DNA of 64,000 nucleotides from an uncultured Fibrobacteria bacterium (GTDB lineage Bacteria > Fibrobacterota > Fibrobacteria > UBA11236): the NCBI GenBank assembly GCA_963716395.1, contig OY970309.1, positions 352,001 through 416,000 of the forward strand, written 5' to 3'. Position numbers and translations under genes: made by a program. Under the pieces are notes generated by a model. That model ran no database searches. It worked only from the letters and a program-made list of their open reading frames with translations, and had not been told where the DNA came from. Shown here piece after piece: positions 33,770 to 42,190 of the stretch (positions are counted from its first letter, which is position 1; the number at the start of each line of letters is the position of its first letter).

Positions 33770-34119
33770 AAGCTTCCTATTCCATTTTCGGTAAGTAGAT
33801 TATCAAATTCGGATACAAATTCTGGATTAGCCGCCTGCTTGTGGTCAGCGGACCATTTACCCCTCGCGGCTCCAAATTCCCAGATTCTCTTTACCCCCGC
33901 CTTCAGCGCATCCGCTTTTTGTTTTACAGACACCGGATCTTCATCACCCGATCCGGGTGGCGGCAAAGGCAATTGCGACACAAAGCGCAACACCCATTTG
34001 AGAATGTGATTGCCGTTCGGTGATTTCGAAGCCCCCTCGGTAGATTTCAATATATCGAGTATGACCGGAAAATCCGCATCTTCGCGTGTTTGCATCAAGG
34101 TGATGATGGCTTGGGCCAA
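33766..34119 (-). CDS. Orphan effector C-terminal cassette 2 (intact 117-codon frame)
   Basis: Constant block plus variable tail VKRIWEFGAARGKWSADHKQAANPEFVSEFDNLLTENGIGSL; ATGA overlap with the partner gene; TTG start without an evident RBS. Confidence 0.65.
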   Translation of the reverse strand: MAQAIITLMQTREDADFPVILDILKSTEGASKSPNGNHILKWVLRFVSQLPLPPPGSGDEDPVSVKQKADALKAGVKRIWEFGAARGKWSADHKQAANPEFVSEFDNLLTENGIGSL

Positions 34120-34121
34120 AT

Positions 34122-34887
34122 CTATTGCAGCAACTTTTCCACGGTTTTGGCGTCGGCCTGTGCGTTGTGGACTCGCAGGCCATTCTTGAAGATTTCTTGC
34201 TCCACCCTATAACGCTTTAACGTGCTATCCGGCTCAGCGCTGAAAGTCCATAATTCACCGGTTCCATTTATCACCTTTCCAGTTGCTTTTCCGGTCGGGG
34301 AAAATGATTCGGAAAAAATTAGGCGCTGGTTCCCTTTACTCGGATCTTCTTCGCGGGTCGCCTGTTCTTTCAGACGCAAATTACCGTTGGGAAAATACTC
34401 TTCGTCCGAAATAATTAACCCTTTATGACATTGCGCCACCAATTTCTTATTGCCATTGGGCCACCATTCCTGCCATAAGCCCTCTTCTTGACCCGAGTCG
34501 TTGTAGTTTTTGATTAAAGATGGGTGGCCGGGGGAATAATAATTTTCATCCTTGCCGATTTGGATTCCGTTTCGATAATTCTTTCGAGCAACGATACTTT
34601 CCAAGAGAATCCCAGAACAATACAATCCCATTTTCTTTTCCCATTAATATAAAAACTGCTGTCTTTTTTTCTCCATAGACTATCATAGATTAACTTGCAA
34701 CCCATTCTAATTTCTCCTTTATACTCGGAAACGAAATTACATGTTATCTGAATTAATTCGCAATCGAACTCTAAATTCAACTTTCACCATATAGCGTTTT
34801 TGAACTTTTCTTTTTCTCCGCAAGTATAAGCGCATGCGAAAGCCAAGATGAATAACACATATCAAAAACAGAACAGCCAATTACCAT
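34122..34887 (-). pseudogene. MORN/YwqK-like partner gene copy 1 (X-type C-half), 5' half frame-disrupted
   Basis: ATG at 34887 overlaps the effector end; YTCGEK, DCELI and KDSSFYINGK remnants lie in different frames. Confidence 0.7.
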
Positions 34888-37557
34888 AAGCTTCCTATTT
34901 CATTTTCGGTCAGTAGATTATCTGAATTCGATCAAAAAATCTGGCATTCGCTTCTTGTGGTTCATCTGTTTTCATCCAAATACCCCTTCAGCTGCTCCAA
35001 AATCCTTGAATCCGCTTTATCCCCGCCTTCAGCGCATCCGCTTTTTGTTTTACAGACACCGGATCTTCATCACCCGATCCGGGTGGCGGCAAAGGCAATT
35101 GCGACACAAAGCGCAACACCCATTTGAGAATGTGATTGCCGTTCGGTGATTTCGAAGCCCCCTCGGTAGATTTCAATATATCGAGTATGACCGGAAAATC
35201 CGCATCTTCGCGTGTTTGCATCAAGGTGATGATGGCTTGGGCCAAACCTTCGGGAGGAATATTGCGATACATGGTTTGACGCAGAGAAGTACCCATAAAT
35301 CTTCTGCTTGATGGTTTTTATGTTGAGAAGGTGTTCCGACAGCCAGTGTCTTAAAGTCATGCACGGAATTAATGGCTGAATCCGCACCTTCCATAATCAC
35401 ATCTTCGCCCGCGGCTAGCATGGCAAAGGAATAGTCTTTATACGCCGTGAAGGCGTCGTCGATTTCCTTCACATAATGAGAATCGACGGAGTACAGCAAA
35501 TGCCCTAAAAATTCGCAGCCTTGCTTGGCGTCGACTTCCCAGGTCAAACCGCTGCCGCCGCCCAAACCCCAAGCCAGGCTCCAGGAAAAATGAAAACGAA
35601 ACCGCCCGGCACTATAACTCACATGAAAGGATAAGTCGGCCGCAGCGCCGGCCGTGCCTTTCAGTTCGCCTTCGATCTCGGCCAAATCCGCAAATTCTTG
35701 GTGCGCGTCCGGACTCCATTGCGCCGAGAAGGTTATGCCGGCCGTGCCTTGCACGCCGGCCACCGCATGCACATCGGCTTTGGCCGAGGTTTCACTTTTG
35801 GACTTCGATTCCTGGTTGTCGGATTTCTTGTCCTGGCTCAAATCCACGGCCGGAAAGGAAATGCAGCCGTTGGCCGATAGGCCCACGAACAATCCGGCTT
35901 TGCCGTCTATGCAGATCCGCACCAGGCATTGGCCGTTGTTCTCGCGGCAAGAATTTTGGGCTTTGGGATTGCACAAAGTGGGCAGCAAATCCAATCCTTC
36001 GCGTTGGGGCAGAAAAATCTTGCCTGAAAGTTTGCCCTCGAACAAGGCGAAAGACGCGTCGCCCGAAGCCTGCAAGGAAATTTTTTTGTCTTTGAGATCA
36101 AATTCCGCTTTTCCGCTATAACCCAGGGCATAACGCCCGAGGGCCGCTTCGGGGGTGAACTGAAACACATCGTTAGGGTTGGTTTTTTGATCCGACTTTC
36201 GCGGCCATTTCCAGACGCCGCCGACGACAGGTTCGCTTTCAAATAACTTGGCCTTCAGTTTCCCTTTCCATAGGGATTTGTCCTCCCCGTCACTTTTATT
36301 TCGCTTCAGCAATTTGTCCAGGCGCTTCTGCAAGGATTGATCCGAGGCCTTGACCCATTTCCCGGGAATTTTGCGGCCGTCTTGGCGCCAAGCCGCAGGC
36401 ACGTGCACGAAATCCGTCGGCTGGCCCCAACGCGGGTTTTTCTGCACGGTCAACAATTCATCCAAACCTTTTTCGACATCGCCGCCGGGCTTGCCTTCGA
36501 ACAGTGCTTCCCATTCTTTCCGCACCTTTTCCAATTCCTGGGTGCGCGCTTTGGAATCGCTTTGCTTCCAGGCCTCGGCGGTTTTGCCCCGCAAAGCCTG
36601 GGATTTGTTCACATGGGTCGAAAAGGCATTGAAATCCTCCTGCACTTCCAACATCAGGTATTCTTCATTCCGCGGACTATAAAAAATGCAGCCATCAAAA
36701 TCATCCTCGGTGATTTTCAACCCCCCGCTCTTCACTTCGAGCTTGGGCGAGGATTTTTTGGCCTTGAAGTAGAACGCATCGCCCGGCTTCAGCGGACCCA
36801 TGCGCGTTTTTTCCGGCACACACCATTTGGCCACGGCGGCATGGTCGTTGCGTTTTTTCCCCACGGTTCCGGAATAGGTATTCACCATTTCATCCGATCC
36901 GCTTTGGCCTTTGCGGAATAGTTCGAAATGAATGAGATCGCCGGGCATGAGCCCGTCGGTATCGACTTTGAAATGCACGATGTCGCCGATGGCGGCTTCG
37001 GTGAGAATGCTTTCTGAACTGCCGGGCTTGGTATCGTCTTCGATGTAAGCAAAACCCGGGTTCAAAAGCGCCGGTTCCGCCTCTTGGCTTTGCGCCGCCG
37101 CTGCATCCGCATCCTCGGACTTTTTCCTTTTAGGGTTGGCGCGGGCCAAGGCGCGCGTATAGGCCCAATACAGGGCGTGCACGGCATGGTCGAGATGCGA
37201 GCCGGGAGCGACCACCAGCCACGATTCCCGGTGGTGCGGAATTTCGTGGGCGAGAAGGTGAAGGGGAGAATCTTCGGGGCGGCGCGGATATCCCGTGACG
37301 CGGGGAGGTCCGGTGCGGTACAACTCTTCCAACTCGTTGCGGTTCAACCTTTGCAAAACCCTTTCGAGGTCCAGCTGCGTCTGGTTTTTCAGCCAGGCCG
37401 GGCATTCCTTCGGCAGCCTGGGACAGGGGCCGAGGTAGTGAAATCCCCGTATGCGCGGGCTGCCCCCCAGGTAACGGCAAGGTTTCCAGGGGCAATCTTT
37501 ACAGCAAGGCGCCGGGTAGGGCAAAGCTTCGGAAGGTTCGGAAGCGGTTTCAGGCAT
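34881..37557 (-). CDS. Large putative secreted effector / polymorphic toxin; frameshifts near 35350, 35290 and in the variable tail
   Basis: 778-aa open frame; a protein-like continuation (WLSEHLLNIKTIKQKIYG / TSLRQTMYRNIPPEGLAQAIITLMQTRED..NLLTENEIGSLW) in other frames leads into the repeated block; Gly/Ala-rich amphipathic beta region; function inferred from context. Confidence 0.6.
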
Positions 37558-37639
37558 GGCCCTTCATTTCCTCTAAACGGCCGAACATCTGCTCCGACAA
37601 TCTATGATCCTTTTATCGGAAAATTGCCTTCGCTTGGGA

Positions 37640-39088
37640 TCAAAACCGGGGCGGGGCATCGGGCGGATCGGCTTCGAGGCTGGCTACGGGATCTTGGCAA
37701 TAATCGGCCGCGGTCCAGGCGCCGGGCCGGTGGTTGCCGCTTTCCCCCAATCCTCCGAAAGGCAGTTGGCCGCTGGCGCCGGTCAGCGGCCGGTTCCAAT
37801 TGATCACCCCGGCGCGCACTTCGGCGACAACGCGATCCCAAAGGTCGCGGTGCGCGCTGATCAGACCCGCGGAAAGCCCGAAGCGGGTGGCATTGGCGGC
37901 GGCGATGGCCGCATCGAAATCGCGCACGCGCATCACCTGCAACAGCGGACCGAAAAACTCTTCGTCGGGACGGTCGGACGCGTCCGTCACGTCGATCAAT
38001 CCCGGCGTCAACAAGGCTGCGCTGCGATCGGATCGGGTGAGAGGCACCAACGGTCTCCCACCCGCGGCCCGCAAGCGCGCCTCGGCGGCGAGCAAAGCGT
38101 CGGCCGCCGCCGCATGGATCAGCGGACCCAGGTAAGGCTCGGGCCGATCCGCAGCGCCGCCGACCGTAACCTGCCCGATACGCTCGATCAAGGCTGCGAT
38201 CATCGCTTCGCCCGCCGGGCCGGCGGGAACGATCAAACGCCGGGCGCAGGTGCAGCGTTGGCCCGAAGTGATGTAGGCCGAGGCCACGATGAGTTCGGCC
38301 GCGGCCACGAGATCGGCAGGCTCCCAGACGACCAGCGGATTGTTGCCGCCCAATTCCAGCGCCAGGATTTTTCCCGGCGTCTCCACGAACAGCCGGTTCA
38401 ACGCCACGCCGGCGCGATGGCTGCCGGTGAACAGCAGCCCGTCGATGGCGGCGCGGGCCAAGGCTTCACCCGTTTCGCGCCCACCCGGAACCAGGTTCAA
38501 CACCCCGGCCGGCAAGCCGGCTTCTTCCCACAGCCGCGCGCACAGTTCGGCCGTGCCCGGCGTGAACTCGCTGGGTTTGAACACCACGGCATTGCCTGCC
38601 AGCAAGGCCGGGATGAGATGGCTGTGCGGCAAATGCGCCGGCAAATTGAAGGGACCGAGTACGGCCAACACGCCATGCGGACGATGGCGCAGCACGCCGC
38701 GAAACCCCGCCAGGGTCAAATGCTTTTCTCCGGCGCGTTCCGCTTGCGCGGCCAGGGAGTGATCGGTTTTGGCGATCAAGGTGTCGACTTCCTGCAACGC
38801 CTCCCAATGCGGTTTCCCGGTTTCGTCGGAAACGCGCTCGGCCAATTGCGACCGCGCTTGACGCACGGCCGTTTGAAAGCGTCGCAAAACCTGTATCCGT
38901 GCTTCCCATCCGTTACGGAACCAAAGCGGCTGCGCGGCCCGGGCCGCGGACACAGCGGCATCGACATCGGCGGGATGGGCGGCGCGGCCTTGCCAGATCA
39001 CATCCTGGGTCATGGGATTGCGCGACGCGAACATTTCGCCCCGGCCCTCGCGCCAAACTCCGCCCAGATAGAGTTGCCCCGAATTCAT
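37640..39088 (-). CDS. astD: Succinylglutamate semialdehyde dehydrogenase
   Basis: HRPHGVLAVLGPFNLPAHLP, FKPSE, LFTGS, LELGGNNP, SGQRCTCARRL, EEFFGP, SGNHRPGA..AADYC. Confidence 0.95.
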   Translation of the reverse strand: MNSGQLYLGGVWREGRGEMFASRNPMTQDVIWQGRAAHPADVDAAVSAARAAQPLWFRNGWEARIQVLRRFQTAVRQARSQLAERVSDETGKPHWEALQEVDTLIAKTDHSLAAQAERAGEKHLTLAGFRGVLRHRPHGVLAVLGPFNLPAHLPHSHLIPALLAGNAVVFKPSEFTPGTAELCARLWEEAGLPAGVLNLVPGGRETGEALARAAIDGLLFTGSHRAGVALNRLFVETPGKILALELGGNNPLVVWEPADLVAAAELIVASAYITSGQRCTCARRLIVPAGPAGEAMIAALIERIGQVTVGGAADRPEPYLGPLIHAAAADALLAAEARLRAAGGRPLVPLTRSDRSAALLTPGLIDVTDASDRPDEEFFGPLLQVMRVRDFDAAIAAANATRFGLSAGLISAHRDLWDRVVAEVRAGVINWNRPLTGASGQLPFGGLGESGNHRPGAWTAADYCQDPVASLEADPPDAPPRF

Positions 39089-40147
39089 AATTCCTGCAAG
39101 GTCGCGCCGGGCCGCAGGCCCACGGCGCGCACCGTGTCGCCGACCTTGACGTGTAGGGCGCGCGCGGCCCAGCTTTCGATGTGCACGCCGCCGGGCACCA
39201 AAAGAAAGGGTGCCGCCACGGCGCGAAACCCTTGCGCCCGGGTGTTGGAAAGCAAATGCTTTTCGGCATCGAGCCGGCCGCGGATAATCCGGTCCACCGG
39301 CAAGGCGCGGCTGGCTTGCACCGTGCGGATTTTTTCCAGGGCGCAGCTTACCACCGGCCCGCCTTCGAAAATGTCGACCATGCCAGCGGCCCGAAAGCCT
39401 TCGTCCGTCAACAACTTCAGGGCCGGCTCGGTTTCGGGATGCACCTTGCCGATCGCGGCCTGTGCGGCTTTGGGCAGCAGCGGAAGGTAAATCGGGTGCC
39501 GCGGCATCAATTCGGCGATGAAACGTTTGTCTTTCATCACCAGGCGATCCGCATGTTCCAAATCCATGCCGAAAAAATGGCGGCCCAAGGCTTCCCAAAA
39601 CGGCGAGCGGCCGCGGGCGTCGATGCGGCCGCGCATTTCGGCCAGCACCACGGGATCGAAAAAGCGGCGGTGATCGGCCATGAACAAAAATCGGCCCAAC
39701 GACAGCAGGCGACCGGCCGTGCCGTGGCGGCGGTCGGGTTCGAGAAACAAGGTGCCGATTTCCGAAGGGCCGTTGTGTTCGGCCAGCAGCTTGAGCACGC
39801 GCACCTGCTTGCGCACGCCAAGCGTGGCCGAGGCATGGGTTACCGTGTCGACGCGGTAGGCGTAGAACGGCTCAAAGCCGCCCACCTTGGAAACGATGCC
39901 CGATGTGCCCACCACGCGCCGCGCGGCCAGAATCTTCGAGCACGAAGAGATACGTCTCGCCGCCGGGCTTTTCCGCCATGCGCTCGAAACCGCGCCGCGA
40001 ATCGCCGATGCGTCCGCGCAGCACGCCTTCGTCCTGCGGCAAGGTGGTGAGGCCCACGCCCGCCGAGGCGCTGAGCCGCAGCAGGGCCCGGAGATCACGG
40101 GCCTCGACCGAGCGTAACACATAAGGTACGTCTGGTTTCCGCGTCAT
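39085..40147 (-). CDS. astA: Arginine N-succinyltransferase with a single +1 frameshift near 39931
   Basis: N-part (GVGLTTLP..YLFVLED) and C-part (VVGTSGI, SEIGTLFL, AEMRG, SPFW, DIFEGGP) lie in different frames; removing one T after GAT joins them. Confidence 0.88.
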
Positions 40148-41532
40148 GCGCAGCGGTCCAGGGCCGCTTCCAGCAGCTCGAGCACGCAATCGACGTCGTG
40201 GTCTTCGACCCCGCCCACGGGCGGCAGAAAGCGCACGCGCGCCGGATCGCCGCCGGCCGTGAAGACGATGACGCCGAGATCGAACAGCGTGCGGCACACC
40301 CGCGCGGTGATTGCGGCCGAACCGTCGAAGGGGGTGAAGGCCACCAGCGCGCCCAGGCCATAGGGGCCGCGCACCCATTGCGGATGCCTGCGCTCCAAAT
40401 CCGCCAGGCCCTCGCGCAGGCGCGAGGAAACCCGCATGATACGGCCGTCGGGGCCGAGATAGCCCTCGTGCAGCAGGGCTTTGACCACGCGCAACCCCGC
40501 GCGGATGGCCGAGGTCGAAGCCGTGTAAGTCTGGCTGATGAGGCCGGGTTTGGGGTTCTGGGCGGCCGTGAACAAGGTGGCGCAGGCCTGGGTCATTTTT
40601 CCCAAGGTTACGATGTCGACGTATGGGTCGAGCCCGAAATGCTGGAAGGCGAATAATTCGTCGGTGCGGCCGAAGGTTTGAATTTCATCGGCGATGATGA
40701 CGACACCGGCCCGGCGCGCGGTTTCGAGCAAGGGCACAAAGAATGCGCGCGTGCCCGCCGCATAGCCGCCGGCTTCGCCTTGAATCCACTCGAAGATCAT
40801 GGCGGCATGGGCGTGGGGATGGCGTTCGAGATGGCCGCGCAGCATCGCAACGGCTTCTTCGCTGGACGCCTCGGGCCGGACGGGATCGTAGAACGGCACA
40901 TAGTCCACCGGCAGGTTACGGGGCAGGCCTTCGCGGTAGGCGGGCTTGTCGGTGATTTGCGCCAGGTCCAAAGTGCGGCCCGCGAAGTTGTGGCGAAAGG
41001 CCAGAATCCGACTCGCAGGATGGCGCTTTTGGAAAGCGATTTTCACGGCGTTTTCATTCGCCATGGCGCCGCTGGTGGTCATTACGCCATGGGCAAACTG
41101 GGCGCCGCGACGATTCGCGCCCTGTACCAGGGATTCCAAGAATTCCAATCCGTCACGGTTTTGCTGCAAATGGCCCTGCATCACGGTGTTTTGCAGGGCC
41201 GCGTCGACGCCAGCCTCCAGCAGATCGGGATGGTTATGGCCGAGAAAATGCACGCCGATGCCGGCGATGAAATCGTATTTCACGCTGCCGTCGGCCAGCT
41301 CGACCAAGCATCCGCGGCCGAATCCGCTGCCGAGATACGGGTAATAGGTCGGGCTGCCGCGCACGGCATTGAGCCGGGCCAGGGCCTCTTCGTATTCCAG
41401 CTTGCGTTCGCTGTGCGGGGGACGCACGCCGGTTACGGCCCGCTGCGCGTCGGCCAAAGCCGCCCGCAACAGGCTTTTGGCCTGAACTACGCGCGCATCA
41501 CATGCCAGTTTTTCCGCGTTCAAGGGCTGCAT
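40144..41532 (-). CDS. Class-III PLP aminotransferase (succinyl/acetylornithine aminotransferase, AstC role)
   Basis: YDFIAGIGVHFLGHNHP, SGAMANENAVK, FAGRT, IADEIQTFGRT, DIVTLGK; located in the ast operon. Confidence 0.85.
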   Translation of the reverse strand: MQPLNAEKLACDARVVQAKSLLRAALADAQRAVTGVRPPHSERKLEYEEALARLNAVRGSPTYYPYLGSGFGRGCLVELADGSVKYDFIAGIGVHFLGHNHPDLLEAGVDAALQNTVMQGHLQQNRDGLEFLESLVQGANRRGAQFAHGVMTTSGAMANENAVKIAFQKRHPASRILAFRHNFAGRTLDLAQITDKPAYREGLPRNLPVDYVPFYDPVRPEASSEEAVAMLRGHLERHPHAHAAMIFEWIQGEAGGYAAGTRAFFVPLLETARRAGVVIIADEIQTFGRTDELFAFQHFGLDPYVDIVTLGKMTQACATLFTAAQNPKPGLISQTYTASTSAIRAGLRVVKALLHEGYLGPDGRIMRVSSRLREGLADLERRHPQWVRGPYGLGALVAFTPFDGSAAITARVCRTLFDLGVIVFTAGGDPARVRFLPPVGGVEDHDVDCVLELLEAALDRCA

Positions 41533-41564
41533 GGGCACCCCGTATTTTAACAAACGCGATTCGC

Positions 41565-41602
41565 CTTCCACCCGATTTCGCCCGCGGCCAACTTCATCAG
41601 CA
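41565..41602. repeat. 38-bp direct repeat, copy A (duplicate of the M20 hydrolase 3' end)
   Basis: CTTCCACCCGATTTCGCCCGCGGCCAACTTCATCAGCA, identical to 42203-42240. Confidence 0.92.
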
Positions 41603-41610
41603 GCAAGGCA

Positions 41611-41889
41611 TTAAAAACTTTGCCCAACGAAATTGGAACGAGGAGCCGGCTGCCCTTTTAGCAACCCTTCTGTTGAAAGGTCTTCATCGAGCAATTCCCA
41701 GTGAATCCCGTAGCCCCCCCCACAAATGGTCCATTTGGAACGATTTTCAACCGTAGCATGCAGGAGACGGGGATACCAGGCAAGCGGCACCTCAATGATT
41801 CTTCCATCCATCAAGGCGACGGAAAGTCGGTCATCCGTGAAGGCAACATCTTTCACCCTTTCATCAGAACTCGGGGCGAAAATACCCAT
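41611..41889 (-). CDS. DUF2442-family protein (putative antitoxin)
   Basis: DGRIIEVPLAWYPRLLHAT, GYGIHWELLDEDLS.EGLL. Confidence 0.85.
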   Translation of the reverse strand: MGIFAPSSDERVKDVAFTDDRLSVALMDGRIIEVPLAWYPRLLHATVENRSKWTICGGGYGIHWELLDEDLSTEGLLKGQPAPRSNFVGQSF

Positions 41890-42106
41890 TCCAAGCCTCC
41901 CTGAACTTTTGCGAATGTTCCTCAACCAGCATCAATATTTTATTCAATTCTGTGGAACTAAACCCAAAATTTCTGGCCAAACCAATCGGCGATAACCAAA
42001 ATTTGGCGGAAAAGGCATCTCTATCAACGTGAATGTGAGGCGGCTCATTGTTTTCATGGCTAAAAAAATAAAATCGGTAAGGTCCAATCCTTAAAACCGT
42101 GGGCAT
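41864..42106 (-). CDS. DUF4160-family protein (putative toxin)
   Basis: MPTVLRIGPYRFYFFSHENNEPPHIHV..AKFWL.PI.LA.N.GF..EAWNGYF. Confidence 0.85.
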   Translation of the reverse strand: MPTVLRIGPYRFYFFSHENNEPPHIHVDRDAFSAKFWLSPIGLARNFGFSSTELNKILMLVEEHSQKFREAWNGYFRPEF

Positions 42107-42190
42107 AAGCGATAAATAGAAAAGAGTCGGCAGCCATCTCGGCGGAAAACCATTACGAGGAGATGGCGGAGATTGCGCGTACATGTGTAA

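Larger units (their letters stand above)
30701..35246 (-). repeat. Tandem array of four ~1.1-kb effector-tip/partner cassettes
   Basis: 226-bp block at 35021-35246, 33895-34120, 32781-33006 and 31644-31869 (spacings 1126, 1114, 1137 bp); second conserved block ends at the stops at 34122, 33008, 31871 and 30701. Confidence 0.95.

Noticed and set aside
30701-35246. Diversity-generating retroelement as the cause of the cassette variation
   Set aside because: No reverse transcriptase in the window; differences include indels and changes at all four bases over ~500-bp blocks, not adenine-specific TR/VR changes
30701-35246. CRISPR array or integron cassette array
   Set aside because: Repeats are 226-410-bp coding sequence; no short repeat-spacer pattern, attC-like palindromes, cas or intI genes seen
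37230-37270. HLLAHE as a DUF4157/eCIS-core metallopeptidase motif
   Set aside because: Reads LAHEIPHHRES, lacking the usual following VVQQ and the upstream domain motifs; too short to support
37613-37640. sigma28 promoter upstream of the effector gene (TCCGATAA)
   Set aside because: The -10-like octamer is present but there is no acceptable -35 at 15-nt spacing
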